A stretch of DNA of 64,000 bases from Eledone cirrhosa (taxonomy: Eukaryota), in the NCBI GenBank assembly GCA_964016885.1, contig OZ024740.1:159898001-159962000 (forward strand), written 5' to 3'. Of this stretch, positions 63,778 to 64,000 are shown piece after piece. The notes below the pieces were generated by a model. That model was not told where the DNA came from. It made no database searches and saw nothing but the letters and a program-made list of their open reading frames with translations. Every line of letters begins with the position of its first letter. Within the stretch, counting starts at the first letter, position 1. Position numbers and translations under genes: made by a program.

Positions 63778-64000
63778 GTTATACTTGGGGAGGGTCATAT
63801 TTGTGTAATATTGCCAGAATTAATAACAGAACACACTCACTGTTTGGTTGGTTTTCGCTTCTCGCTGTCTTTTATATCTGCGATCTAACTTAATCGGTCC
63901 TCAATGTTGCCATTGACTGACCGACGGTCAAAAATAATACAGATACAATATAGACACAAACACATATATATAGTTTACATAATTTACATAAATCTTTCGT
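63778..64000 (-). mobile_element. Another copy of the PLE terminal repeat (runs off right edge)
   Basis: Near-identical to 48480-48713. Confidence 0.9.

Overview
AT-rich, microsatellite-saturated eukaryotic DNA. The RTE LINE and SINE families and the (TA)n load suggest a coleoid cephalopod such as Octopus (inference). No host gene, rRNA, genuine tRNA or CRISPR array could be supported, and most short ORFs are translations of (TA)n/(CA)n/(ACC)n tracts. The window holds one intact RTE LINE with a PHD finger inside the RT, a second frameshifted full-length RTE, an RTE-X-like fragment, two Penelope-like elements (PLEs; one with an uninterrupted RT + GIY-YIG ORF), tRNA-derived SINEs, Tc1 and mariner relics, two non-autonomous Helitrons and TTAA-flanked MITEs. 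The most notable signal is a recurring non-coding architecture in several sequence-unrelated families: two head-to-head inverted arms, a minimal type-I hammerhead ribozyme motif followed in most cases by AATAAA, a 40-100 bp tail on one arm only, and insertion into (TA)n. The coding PLE at 48.5-52.7 kb has the same layout. This points to a system of palindromic ribozyme-bearing mini-retroelements generated or mobilised by PLEs. All structures were read by eye; no folding, alignment or database search was run.
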